Source: a virus (Duplodnaviria; Heunggongvirae; Uroviricota; Caudoviricetes). Taken from it: a stretch of 6,966 bases of DNA. The notes under the pieces are model-generated. The model did no database searches. It was given only the letters and a program-made list of their open reading frames with translations, and was not told the DNA's origin. Made by a program: the position numbers and the translations under genes. Positions 6,175 through 6,966 of this stretch are shown piece by piece (the stretch's first letter is position 1; each line of letters opens with the position of its first letter). Location of the stretch: the IMG/VR virus record IMGVR_UViG_2534682338_000001, positions 1 through 6,966 of that record, one strand, 5' to 3'.

Positions 6175-6852
6175 ATGAGTGACTATCATCACGGCGTGCA
6201 GGTGCTGGAGATTAACGACGGCACCCGCGTCATGTCCACCGTATCCACCGCCATTGTCGGCATGGTCTGCACGGCCAGCGATGCGGATGCGGAAACCTTC
6301 CCCCTCAATAAACCGGTGCTGATTACCAATGTGCAGAGCGCAATTGCAAATGCCGGTAAAAAAGGCACGCTGGCGGCATCGTTGCAGGCCATCGCCGACC
6401 AGTCAAAACCGGTCACCGTTGTCGTGCGTGTGGAAGACGGCACCGGCGACGACGAGGAAACGAAACTCGCGCAGACCGTTTCCAATATCATCGGCACCAC
6501 TGACGAAAACGGTCAGTACACCGGACTGAAAGCCCTGCTGGCGGCGGAGTCGGTAACCGGTGTTAAACCGCGTATTCTTGGTGTGCCGGGGCTGGATACC
6601 AAAGAGGTGGCTGTTGCACTGGCATCAGTCTGTCAGAAGCTGCGCGCTTTCGGGTATATCAGCGCATGGGGCTGTAAAACCATTTCCGAGGTGAAAGCCT
6701 ACCGCCAGAATTTCAGCCAGCGTGAGCTGATGGTCATCTGGCCGGATTTCCTCGCATGGGATACAGTCAACAGTACCACCGCCACCGCGTATGCCACCGC
6801 CCGTGCGCTGGGTCTGCGTGCCAAAAATCGACCAGGAGCAGGGCTGGCATAA
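6175..6852 (+). CDS. FI: Tail sheath protein FI (P2 gpFI family), 5' portion; the frame is broken from about 6824 and sheath-like coding continues in shifted frames to the window end
   Basis: N-terminus MSDYHHGVQVLEINDGTRVMSTVSTAIVGMVCTASDADAETFPLNKPVLITNVQ.. is recognisable as P2-type sheath. The ORF stops at TAA 6850-6852 after 225 aa, whereas this family is about 390-400 aa. The last 66 nt (6901-6966) are back in the original frame and read ASVFWDLQESGTDADLLNESGV. Confidence 0.85.
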   Translation: MSDYHHGVQVLEINDGTRVMSTVSTAIVGMVCTASDADAETFPLNKPVLITNVQSAIANAGKKGTLAASLQAIADQSKPVTVVVRVEDGTGDDEETKLAQTVSNIIGTTDENGQYTGLKALLAAESVTGVKPRILGVPGLDTKEVAVALASVCQKLRAFGYISAWGCKTISEVKAYRQNFSQRELMVIWPDFLAWDTVNSTTATAYATARALGLRAKNRPGAGLA

Positions 6853-6966
6853 AAACGCTGTCCAAACGTCGGGGTAAAACGGTGTTAACCGGCATCAAGC
6901 GCGTCCGTATTCTGGGATTTGCAGGAGTCCGGTACCGATGCTGACCTGCTTAACGAGTCTGGCGTC

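Noticed and set aside
6189-6944. ORFs 6189-6500 (-), 6329-6529 (+) and 6756-6944 (+) within FI
   Set aside because: The first two are shadow frames of the sheath gene. 6756-6944 is an alternative frame that stays open only because of the frameshift cluster at 6820-6900; it is not an independent gene.
1-6966. CRISPR array, tRNA, integrase, attachment site or IS element
   Set aside because: No short direct repeats with regular spacers, no tRNA-like cloverleaf candidates noticed, and no recombinase or transposase-like ORF. The only mobile-looking feature is the low-GC cargo, which lacks terminal inverted repeats or target-site duplications that I could see.

Overview
This window is the late (baseplate, tail fibre, sheath) region of a P2-like (Peduovirus-type) enterobacterial prophage, with all genes on the + strand. 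In order: the 3' end of baseplate gene W, baseplate J, baseplate I, tail fibre H, tail-fibre assembly chaperone G, an AT-rich cargo insertion of about 1.6 kb, then the 5' part of tail sheath FI. The cargo sits in the G/FI intergenic slot, which is where Z/fun lies in P2 and is a known site for anti-phage defence cargo in P2-like prophages. It encodes one SIR2-like (sirtuin/DHS-like NAD-binding fold) protein of about 418 aa, a candidate NAD+-depleting defence effector with no partner gene visible. Its motifs are all present (GAGAS..GMP, catalytic Asn in TLNYD, catalytic His in HLHGS 41 residues later, GYGFND), but the reading frame is broken by a +1/-2 frameshift around an A7 tract at 5077-5101. 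The catalytic Asn/His segment (5102-5304) lies in neither of the two ORFs in the supplied track. The sheath gene also appears disrupted at 6820-6900 by a cluster of single-A insertions, so sequence error versus real decay must be resolved. No rRNA, tRNA, CRISPR array, integrase or transposase was seen. All functional calls rest on motif recognition and recalled family knowledge; no database search was run, and GC values are hand counts on sample 60-nt lines.
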